Origin: Diplonema japonicum
Lineage: Eukaryota > Protista > Euglenozoa: Diplonemea
Direction: 5' to 3'
NCBI GenBank assembly: GCA_964019335.1
Contig: OZ025719.1
Span: forward strand, 62,001-126,000
Length of the DNA stretch: 64,000 nt
The translations under genes were made by a program, and so were the position numbers. The notes beneath the pieces were generated by a model, which was not told the DNA's origin, did no database searches, and worked only from the letters and a program-made list of their open reading frames with translations. Within the stretch, counting starts at the first letter, position 1, and each line of letters opens with the position of its first letter. Below, in pieces: positions 63,411-64,000 of this stretch.

Positions 63411-64000
63411 ATGGCAATTCACGTTATGCATGAATCCGCCATGAAGTTCGTGCAAAGGGAAAGGAGCGAAACCCCAAGCAACGAAGAAGGAACCATGACC
63501 AGGGAACAATTTAAAGAAGCGGCGAAGATGATGGAGATGGGTGGCTGGAAGTACTATGATGACGGGTGTTACGTAGTTTGCGAGAGGGCAAAGTGCAGGC
63601 GGAGGATATCTGAAGAGCCACTCGACGATGCAAGCACCAACGAGGAAGAACTAGAAGTCGAAGGCAGTGTGGAGTCAGATGACGATGCCGCTGCCGTCAA
63701 CGCTGTAGTAGGCACCCAAGTCGATGATGCCAACACCAGATACTACACAATCTACATACAATATCACGGGTATTACCAGGTACCTACCTGCTACTTCATC
63801 GGCTACAACTCAAGGTTAGAACCTCTTAGCACCAAGGAAATGTTTGAAGATGTCATGCAACATAAAATTGTCTCCGGGAACCACTGTGAGGCAGCCGGGG
63901 ATGTGTGGATGATGCACATACACGCGTGTACCCACCATAAGAAGCTGGCGGAGCTCCGGCCTTTGAACGTGAAGCCTGAACACCACCACCGCTTTGCTGT
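63411..64000 (+). CDS. ATG3: Atg3/Atg10-family E2-like enzyme, 3'-truncated by the window end (absent from the ORF track)
   Basis: Manual translation gives 'GTMTREQFKEAA', 'RYYTIYIQYHGYYQVPTCYFIGYNSRLEPLSTKEMFEDV' and 'MHIHACTH'. Confidence 0.7.
   Translation, partial: MAIHVMHESAMKFVQRERSETPSNEEGTMTREQFKEAAKMMEMGGWKYYDDGCYVVCERAKCRRRISEEPLDDASTNEEELEVEGSVESDDDAAAVNAVVGTQVDDANTRYYTIYIQYHGYYQVPTCYFIGYNSRLEPLSTKEMFEDVMQHKIVSGNHCEAAGDVWMMHIHACTHHKKLAELRPLNVKPEHHHRFA

Overview
Eukaryotic protist DNA, most consistent with a free-living euglenozoan such as a diplonemid (inference). About 19 protein genes lie head-to-tail on the + strand, separated by homopolymer-rich spacers; several starts are preceded by polypyrimidine-AG tracts suggestive of polycistronic transcription and SL trans-splicing. 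Housekeeping genes include an Arc1p/AIMP1-like tRNA-synthetase cofactor, Vps33, AP-5 mu, a PARP16-like ART, RNA Pol I subunit RPA2, a J-domain protein and a partial Atg3-like gene. Accessory genes include three mosaic paralogues (Cys-rich head, mucin stalk, about 7 TM), a 4119-aa repeat-built surface protein, a Cache-HAMP receptor with a degenerate class III cyclase domain, and a DUF1152-like protein with an inserted RRM. Eleven short (38-76 nt) GT-AG introns were reconstructed by hand. Ten are A-rich or A/C-rich with no polypyrimidine tract, and all lie within about 760 nt of the stop codon. The spacers carry a decayed piggyBac (TTAA TSD), a MULE-like MITE (9-bp TSD), other MITEs, and two diverged copies of a hairpin-ended, Crypton-like element with co-varying inverted repeats. 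All family assignments come from motif recognition by eye, not database searches.
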